A stretch of DNA of 64,000 nucleotides, taken from the NCBI RefSeq assembly GCF_006345805.1, contig NC_043000.1, forward strand, positions 92,752,001 to 92,816,000, written 5' to 3'. The DNA is from Octopus sinensis (taxonomy: Eukaryota). Within the stretch, counting starts at the first letter, position 1. The number at the start of each line of letters is the position of its first letter. The translations under genes and the position numbers were made by a program. Shown in pieces: positions 24,160 to 35,950 of this stretch. The notes under the pieces are model-generated. The model was not told the origin of the DNA. It saw nothing but the letters and a program-made list of their open reading frames with translations, and did not search any database.

Positions 24160-24950
24160 TATGGGCAATGATTTTGTCAACTCTATTACAAATTCAGCAC
24201 AGTGTGGACATTTGCTCATTCCCAAGTTTAACCCTCCAATTTGTGACCAAAACTTGGTCTTGTACTGCCAGTATAGTACCCTCAATCTCTTTATTCTGTG
24301 TCCTTTTCTTCAGTGAGTGCCACCTATATTCTCCAGCAATTTCGGTTTAGGCAGCATGGAATCATTGTGTAGTGCTTTTTCATGTCCTTTTTGTATTGTT
24401 TGTATTGCTTACTTTGTTCTTTTTTTTTTCTGGTTTCGATATGCCCCCTTCTCTAATTGTCACCAGCAAATTTTCCTCACTTTGGGATAGATATCTCAGA
24501 GAATTCCCAAGTTTGACATGCATGCAGTCTTCCACACTTATCAGTTCCCTTACTCCATTTTCTCCCTTCGTGTATAGGTGATCAGTGTCTTCACATAGAT
24601 AATGGACTCCAAGTGTCAGGAGCTTTTTTTGTTTTCCTGTTCAGCTTCTTTAAGTTCATCATTTGTCTGCATCAGAATTTCAGTACCATCCTGATTACTG
24701 CAACTGTGCACAAGTTTATTGCCAAAATTGTATTTCTGGCATTCAAATTTTACTCAATCATGGTACATACTTTCTCTTTTTCTTTTCTTTCATATCATTA
24801 TTCTTAATTCCATCTGCCTTAAGTATTCCCATGTACTTATATCCAATTGCCTTCATCATTTTACCACTTGGCATGCAGATATCTTCTGTTCCGACAAACT
24901 TTCCTTGTCTCATCACCATTCCAACACATTTTGAAACAATATTTAAATTA
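24160..24950 (-). mobile_element. old degenerate R4/Dong-type fragment
   Basis: Minus-strand translation gives DHLYTKGENGVRELISVEDC... and EIEGTILAVQDQVLVTN..STLC*IC, matching the post-RT/CCHC region. Confidence 0.6.
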
Positions 24951-25000
24951 TTTACATTATTTACATTTAACGAATATTTGTTCTCATCTTGTTTGTTGTT

Positions 25001-25043
25001 AACACGTTTCAGCTGATAAATCCTCTAGCCATCATCAGGTGTC
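25001..25043 (-). ncRNA. hammerhead motif, degenerate left-arm copy
   Basis: gacac-CTGATGA-t-ggcta-gaggatttat-cagct-GAAA-cgtgtt; 3-nt deletion at the cleavage site/helix I'. Confidence 0.5.
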
Positions 25044-25104
25044 TTGGCAAAATTTCGAACCTGGGTTCTCATTCCTAAGGTATTTTTCGATGTTATCATC
25101 ATCA

Positions 25105-25135
<31 letters not shown>

Positions 25136-25152
25136 CATTATTATTATTATTA

Positions 25153-25185
<33 letters not shown>

Positions 25186-25290
25186 CATTATTATTATTAT
25201 TCAGGTCACTGCCTGGAATTGAACTCAGAATTGTGGGGTTAGTAGCCTGTGCTCTTAACCATTACGCCATACACCTCTGCCCATGGGGCA

Positions 25291-25355
25291 TATGGTGTAG
25301 TGGTTAAGAGCATGGGCTACTACCTCACAATTCTGAGTTCAGTTCCAGGCAGTGA

Positions 25356-25360
<5 letters not shown>
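25291..25360 (+). promoter_or_regulatory. tRNA-derived head with Pol III A/B boxes (mirror copy at 25201-25271, minus)
   Basis: tggtgtagtggttaagagc (A box) and gagttcagttcc (B box). Not a functional tRNA: no acceptor stem or CCA. Confidence 0.7.
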
Positions 25361-25405
<45 letters not shown>

Positions 25406-25480
25406 TAATAATAATAATAATAATAACAATAATAAAAAAATACCTTGGGAATGAGAACCCAGGTTCGAAATTTTCCCAAG

Positions 25481-25524
25481 ACACCTGATGAAGGCTGGAG
25501 GGTATATCAGCCGAAACATTGTGT
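25481..25524 (+). ncRNA. minimal type I hammerhead ribozyme motif
   Basis: ACAC-CTGATGA-A-GGCTG-gagggtatat-CAGCC-GAAA-CATT-GTGT. Helices I and II are perfect. CATT is probably CGTT decayed at CpG, since the left copy keeps CGT. Confidence 0.7.
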
Positions 25525-25603
25525 TAACAACAAACAAGATGAGGACAAATATCCATCGAATGTAGAAAGGGTTATTATTACTATCACTATTATGAAAGTG
25601 GAA

Positions 25604-26036
25604 AAGGCGGTGAACTGGCAGAATCGATAGGGCGCTGGGGAAAATGCTTAGCTGTATTTCATCTGTTTTCACTTTCTGAGTTCAAATGCTACTGTGGTCG
25701 ATTTTACCTTTCATCCTTTTGGGGTTGATGAATTAAGTACCAGTTATGCACTGGGGTCAATGTAATTGACTGGTCTCCTCTCTCAAACTTTCAGGCCTTG
25801 TGCCTAGAGTAGAAAAGATTATTATGAAAGTGGAGAGCAGCCAAAATCCTTAACCTGCTGGACAAGATGCTGCTAAGCATTCCATTCTGAGTTCAAATTT
25901 CACCAGCATCGACTTTGCCTTTCATCCATCATTCTTTTGGGGTCAATGATGTAAGAACCATTTAGACACTAGGGCTAATATAAATTCTAGGCCTTTTACC
26001 ACATATTCCAGGACTTGTGCCCATAGTAGAAAGGAT
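25604..26036 (+). mobile_element. two tandem SINE family B copies ending in (TTA)n
   Basis: Heads at ~25604 and ~25830; both carry ctgagttcaaat..gactttgcc/acc tttcatcc..ggggt core. Confidence 0.7.
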
Positions 26037-26056
26037 TATTATTATTATTATTATTA

Positions 26057-26121
<65 letters not shown>

Positions 26122-26124
<3 letters not shown>

Positions 26125-29100
26125 TAGTTTTATTTTTATAGCATGCTTTCACTTCACTACCGAGCACAGCTCTGTGTGCCTTGGGTATGTGCTGTGATTT
26201 GTTGTGATGCTCTGATGGTTATTGTATGGAAAGTGTTCTGCGTAGGATGTGTGCAGTGCCTAGTAGTGCAATTTTCTGTATGTTATATGTGTTTGTAAGT
26301 CCTGGTGTTTTTGTTATGTATTTGTCTGAATATTTTTTTATCATGCCTAATGCACCTACTATGATAGGAATTGTTTCTGTTTTCAGATTCCACATTCTAG
26401 TTACCTCTATTTCCAGGTCTTTGTATTTTGAGAGTTTCTCCATTTCTTTTAGAGACACATTGTCATCAGCCGGTATTGATACATCAATTAGAAAGCACTT
26501 TTTTCTTCATGATCTCTGACAACTCTATCTGGTCTGTTGGCCTTAATTCTCTATCTGTGTGTATCGGCATATCCCAGAGTATGGTTGCTTTCTCGTTTTC
26601 TGTGACCTTTTCTGGTGTGTGCCTATACCATCTTTTTTCTGTTGTTATTCCATAATGTTGGCATAGCTTCCAATGTATGTAGGTTCCAACTCTGTCATGT
26701 CTGTGAATATATTCCTTCTTAGCCAGGACTGGGCAGCTAGAGATATATGATTTATTGTTTCTTGTCCATCTCCACATATTCTGCAGTTACTTGTAATATT
26801 TCTTTTCATTACATGTTTTTGGTAATTTCTGGTGGGGAGGCTTTGGTCTTGTGCTGCAATTAAAAATCCCTCTGTTTCTGCTTTGAGTCCTGAGCTTCTC
26901 AACCATTGCTGGGATTTTTCTTTGTCTATTTCTTTTGCGTTTAGTTTAGTCCAGTATTTACCATGAAGGGGCTTTTCTTGCCATCGTTTTATCATGGTTC
27001 GTTGCTGTTCTATTTTTAGTTTGGATTTCATTTGTTTTATAGCTTTTGTTGTTTCTTCTTCTTCTTCTTCTTCTTCATGTTTATTAGGTGGTATGATTCT
27101 TGTTTGTATTTGTCAGCTTCCTTAAATACTGAGAACAGTTTTTTGTTTTGCTCGTGTTTTGCCGCTATCTGGATCAGTTTTCCTTCCTTCTGAAGTAGAT
27201 ATTTTTGCAGTCCTATGGTGGTTATTTTATAGTAGTTTTCCAGCTGTATAAGGCCTCTACCACCTTCTATACGTTGTATATATAGTCTTTCTATGTCAGA
27301 TTTTGGGTGATGCATCCTAGATCCTGTCATTATTTTTCTTGTTTTCCTATCTATTTTGGTCAGTTCATTTCGTGTCCAGTTAAGGATATTGTAGCTGTAA
27401 CTTATAACTGGGTCAACTAAAGTGTTGATACCTATTATCTTGTTTTCAGCATTGAGCTCTGTTTTTAGTATTGATCTAACTCGTCTATAATATTCTTTTT
27501 TTATTTTCTCTTTCATTTGTGTGTGTTGTGTCTTATCTAGTTCATGGATTCCTAAGTATTTGTAAGTTTGGCTTTGGTCTAATTCTTTTATTTCATTGGT
27601 TTTATCTAGTGTGATGTTGTTACTCTTAACTAGTTTTCCTCTTTTCATGGTTACTTTGGCGCATTTTTCTAATCCAAATTTCATATCTATTTCTTTGGTA
27701 AATCCATGAACTGTCTTTAATAGTGTTTCCAGCTGTTTGTCATTTGCAGTGTATAGTTTTAGGTCATCCATATATAAAAGGTGGCTGATCGTTTTGCCGT
27801 AACATTTATATCCGCATCCAGTTCTATTTAGCATATCAGATAGAGGTGACAGTGCCAAGCAGAAAAGGAGTGGAGAGAGCGTGTCTCCCTGGAATATTCC
27901 TCTTCTAATGGGGATGTCTTTGGTTTTCATGAGTCCCTCTTTTGTTTGGAGGTGTAGGACTGTTTGCCATTTATTCATAGAGTGCTCTATGAATTTTATG
28001 ATTGTTGGTGCTACTTTGTTAATGGCTAGTGTTTCGAGGATCCATGTGGGGGATGCTATCAAACGCCTTTTTGTAGTCAATCCAGGCCATACTGAGGCCT
28101 TTCTTCTTTCTGTGGCTGTCTTCAGTTATGGCTTTATTAATCATTAGTTGATCTTTACAGCCATATGAGCCTTTGCGGCATCCTTTATGCTCTTCTGGGA
28201 ACAGTTTGTTTTCGTCCAGGTGCTTGTTCAGCCTTTGTGATATCACTGCAGTAAATGCCTTGAACATAGTAGGGAGGCAGGTTATTGGTCTGTAGTTTTC
28301 TGGTTTTTCTGTTTCATTTGATTTGGGAATTAAGATGGTTTTCCCCTTCGTGAGCCATTCAGGCATTGTCTCTGGCTCTGCTAGTACGTTGTTAAAGTTT
28401 TCAGCCAGCTTTTTGTGCATTCCTGTTAGATATTTCAACCAGAAGTTGGGGATCTTGTCATGCCCAGGTGCCTTCCAGTTGCTTAGTCTTTGCAGTGCCT
28501 GGGTGACCTCTTCAGTTGTTATGGGGGTCCAAAGTTGTTCAGATGCCGAGTTTGTTATTTTGATACTCCTTTCTTTTGGTGGTTCGTTCGCCGACCATAT
28601 TTCTCCCCAGAATTCTTCCAATTCTTCTGCCGTTGGTGCTGCAGTGACTTCTATTTTATTTTTGCCCAGTTCTTGGTAGAACTTTTTGGGGCTGGAGTTG
28701 AACTTTTTGTTTTCTTCAAAGAAGCGTTGGCGTTTCTTGTACCGGCGGATCCTTTGTGCTTTGGCAAGGATATCTTGCTTCAGCTTTTCTTTTATTTCAG
28801 GCAAATCTTTCTCTGTGATGTTATATTTGCGGAGTATTTTTGTTCTCTTTTTGTTGCTCAGTAGCGTTGATTGTTTGCTGATTTCATTAAGAATCGACAG
28901 GTCTTTTCTAATTTTTTTTTATTTTGCTTTAGATGTTATTTATCCACAGGGTTTGTTTGGGTGGTGGTACTCCTGTTTGGGCGGCTTTGGTGAGTATCCA
29001 GCTTCTTTTGTGGCTGCAGTGGCTGCTGCGTATATTAGGTTATTTAGCTCAGTGATATCACTTTTTTTTGATTCAGTGGCTATCAGTTCAGTGACGGCTA

Positions 29101-30058
29101 GGTTTATGCTGTTTATGATAGGTGTTGTTATTTTGATTCTTGGGAGGTATGGTCGGTGGTCCACTTTGAGCTCTGTGGTTTTCAGTTCTTTGATTATTTT
29201 ATTTTTTATATTATCATAATCATTAGGCTCCCCTTCGTTGTTTACATCGTGTTTGTTGGGAATGTTGCGTTTGTCTTCGTGTTTTACAGTTTCAGTGTTT
29301 ATATTATTGGGCATTGTTGTGTGGCTTCTATCTACATTTTCCTGGTGTATGTTTTCTTTTAGGTGTTCTATTTCTATTTCTGATATTTTTTTGTGTTGAG
29401 AATGTATCTTCGTACGTTAGCTAATTTATTAGGGTTCATTGCTATATCCAAGTCTATATCTCTATTATTTTCCTTCCATATTTTATATGTATGTGTTGTT
29501 GTATTTTCATTTTTTGGGTAGAGTACTGCTGTGAAGTATGCGTGTAAGATAGAAATGTATTCCTCACGTGTCCATTTACGTCTTTTGGGTTTTATTTGCG
29601 GGACATGAGGTACAACGTCCGGCCCATTATTTTGACGGTCGTCATTTTCGTAGGGTACCGGTCCGTTTATTTCTGTTGTCACATTATTTCGCACGTGTAG
29701 TTTTTCGTACATTTTTTGTTGTAAGTTTAATGTACGTACCGCTCGATTGTTATTCTTGAGTTGAATAGTATCGGTGGCATTTAATTTCTTCGTAGTTCCT
29801 TTGTACATGGTGTTTGGGGTCGGGGATGATCTTGATGTTCCACGCATGTTTACATGTGTTGCGTTGGAGATGATATCGAGTCAAAATACATCATTTCGTT
29901 TCGAAAATAGTAATAAATTTCAATTAGTATTACTTACTCGGATACAGTCCAATTCTTTGTTAGTAAAACTTTGGCTCCATAGGATGTCCTTGTTTTGTAT
30001 GTTTGTGGATAGATTTCGGAGCTTAGGATAGATTTCGGAGCTCTGGATAGATTTCGGA

Positions 30059-30060
<2 letters not shown>
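26122..30060 (-). mobile_element. full-length R4/Dong-clade non-LTR retrotransposon (family a) in a TAA microsatellite
   Basis: (TTA)n on both sides; ~210-nt 5'UTR, single long frameshifted ORF, ~100-nt 3'UTR ending ...aaaactactg|aataat, the same end as 46589-46911. Confidence 0.92.
26219..29847 (-). pseudogene. R4-type ORF: Myb-like N-terminus, RT, CCHC knuckle, restriction-like endonuclease; about 6 frameshifts
   Basis: RRKWTREE (Myb-like); WIDYKKAFDS, GIFQGDTLSPLLF, YMDDLKLY (RT); CRICGDGQETINH; RHDRVGTYIHW; ILWDMPIHTDRE; LSKYKDL. Overlapping ORF pieces are in the track. Confidence 0.9.
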
Positions 30061-30111
<51 letters not shown>

Positions 30112-30224
30112 GTTTCAAATTTTGGCACAAAGCCAGCAGTTTTCAAGGGTAGAGGGTTTGTTGATTACATGAACCCCAGTGCACAACAATTCTGCCAGCT
30201 TGCTGTCTTAATGATACCACTAAT

Positions 30225-30598
30225 AACAAGAGCGCTCAGAGAGTGCAAACCTCCACCAAGGCAACACCAACATCCTCCTCAAAGATTAGCCAGAGAGAAT
30301 TTTTAAAAGGAGAATATCTGAAATAAACTCAACTGCTCTCACAAATGAGAATACTAAAAATGAACCCAACTGCTTTCCAAAATTAAGTTAAAAAAAAAAC
30401 AGGAATATGATCCAGAATCCTTGTCCGGTACCAAATCGATCCCAAAATCTTATCAGTTCGTGACAGTCATGAGGTCAAACTTCTCTGAAAGTTTCATTTG
30501 AATCTATCCAGCAGTTTGTCCATGGACAAACAAACAAACAAACAAACCAACAAACACAACTGAAAACAATACCTCCGCCTTTGGTAGGGTGGAGGTAA
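30225..30598 (-). mobile_element. complete HINE/DINE-1-like Helentron-associated element
   Basis: Minus strand: 5' acctccaccct..aggcggaggt (subTIR plus inverted partner), (GTTT)n, 3' ggtggaggt subTIR, stem-loop gcactc-tct-gagcgc; T-rich flanks. Confidence 0.7.
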
Positions 30599-30754
30599 TA
30601 ATAATTATAATAATAGCAGTAATAATAAAAAGATGATGATGATGGTGGTGGTGGTGGTGGTGTTGGTGGTGTTGGTGGTGGTGGTGGTGGTAGTGGTGGT
30701 GGTGCTGGTGTTGGTGCTGGTGTTGGTTGTGGTGGTGGTGGTGTCAGTGGCGGC

Positions 30755-30787
<33 letters not shown>

Positions 30788-31039
30788 GGCAGTAGCAGTA
30801 GTAACTTCGATCCTTCGTCAAATCAATTGCATCTTTATAGCCCTATATTGCTAGCTTTCTTTGTCCCCTTTCTCTGACATCATGATTCTTGTTCTTATTC
30901 TTACCTTCATCGCTGTCACTAATATTGATGCTGATGCTGTCATTGTTGTCTCTGCCGTGTTTGTACATGTGTGTATATGTACACACATCATACATACATG
31001 TACATATACACATACATATATACGCATGAGTGTATATAT

Positions 31040-31077
<38 letters not shown>

Positions 31078-31375
31078 GGGAGGAAGTGGGCAAGGGAATT
31101 GACAAGCCTCACATTTATGATGATTTCTGAAATTTTTCCACTGGAAAGACAAGGAATTTCATTTGCTCCCTTGACATAAGCATACTGCTGCAAACAATTT
31201 GGTACTGATGCCAAAAATAAAAGAACTTCTGCATTGTAATCACTGTTATCTCCTTTTATAGAATCCCATGAGAGACTCCGATAAGTTAATTTGTTACCAT
31301 AACTCCCAAAGCTGTGCTAATACACACATATATATATATATACACACATACATACATATATATATATAAATATAT

Positions 31376-31409
<34 letters not shown>

Positions 31410-31512
31410 GTTTGCTCATCCCTTGCTATCTCAGTATGCACAGAGACAGTGATATATCTTTCTTCTACTTCCTTTATCTCACTCTGTCTCAGTCCCTCTC
31501 TCTCTGTCTCTA

Positions 31513-31564
<52 letters not shown>

Positions 31565-31569
31565 ATATC

Positions 31570-31666
<97 letters not shown>

Positions 31667-32382
31667 GCATATATATATATATGCACATATATATATATAT
31701 GTTTCTGTTGATTTATCTGTCATTCTATCACTGTATCCAGCTATCTGTCTATCTGTCTGTCTATCTGTCTCTGTACTTCATTTCTGCCCATCTATCCAAC
31801 TATCTAAATATTCTACGATCTGATGTGGTGCTACCAGCAGTAGACTGTCGTTGCTGAAAGACCCTATAGGTTATATAAAAATACGTGAATAGAACAGAAT
31901 AGAATAAGACAAGTACAAGATTTAATGAGCAGTACAGTGCAGCATTGCTTTTCATCTTCATATGAGACCAATCACAATTAAAGACAAGTGATGGTATCTA
32001 TATAACAATATGTATACACAGTTTTATCTAACATGTGTTTAAATATTTGTTGAGTGTTGACACAAATGCACGTGACTCATACAATGAAAGCCCATCAACC
32101 AAAAGAGAGTCGCTCACTGAGAATTATTCTTATGTCTCCTAGTTGCTGTCTTGGTATGCAGTGTATGATTGCTAAACTACTTGTGATACCCAAAAGAATT
32201 TAACAATCAAAATAAGGAATAGACTACATGTTAAGTTATTTTGTCATTAATTCAATGGTGGTGGTGGTGTTTGTAGTATGGTGGTAGTGAGAGCTTGAGA
32301 GTATCTTGTATTTGTTTGTTTGAGAGCATTTGATGTTTTTTTTTGTTTGAGTATTTTATCTCCGTCTATATATTTATATACA

Positions 32383-32690
32383 CAGGGTGCGGTGAATAAA
32401 CCTGTTGTCTGAATTATGCAAAAATGAAAATAACACTGACGTCTCATTTTAACAGATATATTCACCAAAATTACATGAAAATATCTTGAAATACTAAAGA
32501 GGAAATTTATTCAATAAAATCACCATTGGCTTCAACTACAACCTCCAGACGACTTCGGAATCTCCTGCAAGTCTTCTGGATGGTCTCCTTGTTTAAGTTG
32601 GTGAATGTTGCCATAATCCTTGCCTTCAGTTCATTTTTGCTGTTACAAGGAGTTTTGTTGGTCTCATACCATTTTGTCATGTGGGAAGGG
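32383..32690 (-). mobile_element. maT/DD37D-type element, 3' end fragment
   Basis: Homologous to 41692-41960; starts cagggtgcggtgaataaa. Confidence 0.6.
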
Positions 32691-32854
32691 GAGTACCATT
32701 TTCACTACAACATCTCCCCTTTTAGTTTTTTGTTCTTTGGTAAGCAAGTAATTTTATTTTACTTTATTCACTCCACCTCCTTTTTTATATTTTGTTTTTA
32801 TTTGTACAAGTTGTACAAATATTAAAAATATTAAAAAAAGTTGTACAAATATTA

Positions 32855-33830
32855 AACATTTTTTTTCGAATAAACCACCAGAGCTGCCCAGTCTGAATGT
32901 TCAACTTTTTCAGTTATAGCTAGACTTTCTAGGCTTTCTAGCTCTTTGTTGACCTGGTCCTATGCCACAAATGGCACATTCCATTTAAGCCTAAAAACAG
33001 GTATTGCCTTTTCTTTTACCACAAACCTTGCTTTTGTTTTGGTGCAACTGCCTAATCCTTCTAAAAAAACATTTGGAAACAATTATTTAACTTTTGTGTC
33101 TCAGTTGTTCAACTTCCTTTGAACTTTTAACCATGGCAATTACATTTTCACAGAGAACGCAAATGGGGGCATCTCACATCTTAAATAATTCCATGCATTC
33201 TGTGCCAAATAAGTTTAGTGATTTTTTTCAACATAAATGATTGTCCTTTTCATCTCCCCTCAAAAAGATACATCAAAAATACATTTGCCAATGATATATA
33301 ATTTCTTTCCTGTAACACCATATGCTACTTTATTTTATTTAAATAATTTCAGCTTACTGATTTGTCCCCATGTTTCTTTATTTATGATAGTGATGTCACT
33401 AATTGTGTCTGATTGTATTTTGACACAAGTGGTTTTGATTTTCACCTTGATGAATTTTTTGTTTGTTATACAAACTTTTTTTCCCTGATGACAAACTATT
33501 TATGTTTTCTCATTTGGTCCAATTTTTCATCATCTTAGTTCTGCAGTGGGATTTAATGTGACCCATGTTCCCACAATGAAAATACTTGGCTTTTTTTAAC
33601 AGACACAGTATTCTCAGGTGCCTACCACCACATGTCATAATGAGTTTATTTCATGTTTTTTTTTTTTTTTGTGAAACACTTTATCCATCTTTTGAGTCTT
33701 CCATACTGGTTTTATCTGTAAACAACCTCTGCAATAGATTTTTTCTGTGTCATGCCTTACTTTTAATATCATATCACACTCTTCTGACAGTTTCTGGAGA
33801 GTTATATCCTGGTTCGTTTCCAGCTTTGCA
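32855..33830 (-). pseudogene. second Gypsy (K02A2.6-like) remnant: gag end, protease, start of RT
   Basis: KIQSDTISDITIINKETW (protease); GLGSCTKTKARFVVKEKAIPVF..VPFVA*DQVNKELE..EHSDWAA (RT start). Confidence 0.65.
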
Positions 33831-33866
33831 AAAATTATTATTATTTTTATTATTGTTATTATTATT

Positions 33867-34075
33867 AAGGTGGTGAGCTGGCAGAGTTGTTAGCACACTG
33901 GATGAAATGCTTAGCAGTAATTCACCCATTGCTATGTACTGAGTTCAAATTCTGCCAAGGTCGACTTTGCCTTTCATTCTTTCAGGGTCAATAAATTAAG
34001 TACCAGTTGAGTACTGAGATCGATATAATCGACTAAACCCTCCCCCAAACTTCAGGTCTTGTGCCTTTAAGAGAA
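33867..34075 (+). mobile_element. SINE family B between TTA tracts
   Basis: aaggtggtgagctggcagag..gtcgactttgcctttcattctttcagggtcaataaattaagtaccag. Confidence 0.8.
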
Positions 34076-34097
34076 ATTATTGTTTTTATTATAATTA

Positions 34098-34189
<92 letters not shown>

Positions 34190-34299
34190 TATTATCATTA
34201 TTATTATTATTATTACCATTATTATTATTATCATTATTATTATTATCATTATTATTATTATTATTATCATCATCATCATCATTATTGTTATTATTGTTG

Positions 34300-34750
34300 T
34301 TTTACTTCTCAGAATGCTCAGTCTTGTTTGTTTTGGTAGATTCTGTGAGAGTGGACAGCAGTCTGCTGTCAGAGTTCTCACAGGGTCTCTTTCTGCACAT
34401 TATAAGCTTTGATACTTGGTTGTTAGTTACTGAGGGGAAACATTCAACAACCAAATACCAACCTCAAAATCCTAGCTGTCCCCAGCAGAGCAGTTTTGGG
34501 AGCTTGTTCTGCTCTCATGCCAATTACAATTTCTTTGACATATTTCTTGAACTTCGTTGTTAGTGCTCCTACGACTACTGGAATGACAGACACTCTCCTC
34601 ATAGTCCACATTCTTGCAATTTTGTTTTTAGTAGTCTATACTTTCCAATCCTTTCTAGCTCTTTGTCACTTATGCGTGCATCTCCAGGTATTACAAAAAG
34701 GTTTCCTTTTCTCCCTTTATTTACCACAACAATATCTGGTCTCTAAGCCT
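34300..34750 (-). mobile_element. 5'-truncated R4/Dong-type element (family e), flanked by (TTA)n
   Basis: IARMWTMRRVSVIPVVVGAL...KTALLGTARILRLVFGC* on the minus strand. Confidence 0.75.
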
Positions 34751-34794
34751 TATTATTATTACTATTATTATTATCATCATCATCATCATCATCG

Positions 34795-34828
<34 letters not shown>

Positions 34829-35187
34829 TATTATTGTCATCATTATTGACTTTGATGAGCAGGTAAAGAGCTGAAGGGCCTCGTCTGCCTGGGTCCAGTG
34901 GGGTGTCTGTGAGCAACATTCCTCCAGAGACAATTCTATAACATGCTAATTAACCCACAGCTGAGACCCTGGTAAATGCTTCCTGTCTGGGTCAGAGTAG
35001 ACCTGGAAGAATGTTTGTTAGGAGATGGAATTCTTAAACCATCTTACTGCCAGATGTATTTTAAAGTTATAACTATATAATACATATAACACTTTTCCTT
35101 GGGTAGCAACTGTTATTTCTTATGTGCTTACTCCTAGAAAGTATGAAAAAGGGCTAATATTTTCTTCAAACATTGCTTTCATTACAT

Positions 35188-35352
35188 TTATTCAAACCCC
35201 CAAAACCGCTTCTCAACACATGACTATGATACTCCTTCCTCCACAACTCCTGCTCATGAGCTGAGATGCATATATTGTCAGCCACTAAGGGATATGCTCA
35301 AGTGGTTATTGTCAAAGAACTGACAAGGAAATCTGTAGTATTGAGCAAAATG
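35188..35352 (-). mobile_element. element E, internal fragment
   Basis: Homology to 37920-38080. Confidence 0.6.
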
Positions 35353-35520
35353 TTTGATATAACAATATTTCTGCTTCTGCAATTCAGCACTGAATCTGGC
35401 TGAAATGTAATGGAAAAGAGGTTAGTTTCAAAGTATTGATGTTCAGGACATAAAGGCAAAGTTTGAAGGGAATAGCAGTCATTTCCTTTGATTTCTAGAT
35501 AGAAGCAAATAGGAAATAAC

Positions 35521-35950
35521 ACTTACTTACTTTACTTTTACTTTTACTTGCTTCAGTCATTTTACTGTGGCCATGCTGGAGCACAGCCTTTAGTCAAGCA
35601 AATCGGCCCCAGGACTTATTCTTTGTAAGCCTAGTACTTATTCTATCAGTCTCTTTTGCCGAACCGCTAAGTAACAGGGATGTAAACATCAATATCAGTT
35701 GTCAAGCAATGTGTGTGTGTGTGGGGACAAACACAGACACACAAACATACACACACACACATATATATATATGTATACATATATACGACAGGCTTCTTTC
35801 AGTTTCCGTCTATCAAATCCACTCACAAGGCTTTGGTCGACCCGAGGCTATAGTAGAAGACACTTGCCCAAGGTGCCACACAGTGGGACTGAACCCCGGA
35901 ACCATGTGGTTGGTAAGCAAGCTACTCACCACACAGCCACTCCTATGCCT
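35521..35950 (-). mobile_element. SINE family A, full length
   Basis: Complete reverse-complement copy. Confidence 0.85.

Larger units (their letters stand above)
24962..25564. mobile_element. head-to-head inverted pair of a tRNA-head + (AAT)n + hammerhead element
   Basis: Left arm 24962-25271 and right arm 25291-25564 are reverse-complement homologues around a 19-nt spacer. Confidence 0.85.

Noticed and set aside
25201-25360. Two tRNA genes
   Set aside because: A/B boxes are present but there is no acceptor stem or full cloverleaf; treated as SINE-type heads.
28323-29759. Plus-strand ORFs (118-177 aa) over the R4 element
   Set aside because: Antisense shadows of the retrotransposon ORF.
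30003-30060. CRISPR-like short repeat array
   Set aside because: Tandem 19-mers without unique spacers in a eukaryotic retroelement UTR; the same applies to the 66-bp array at 9145.
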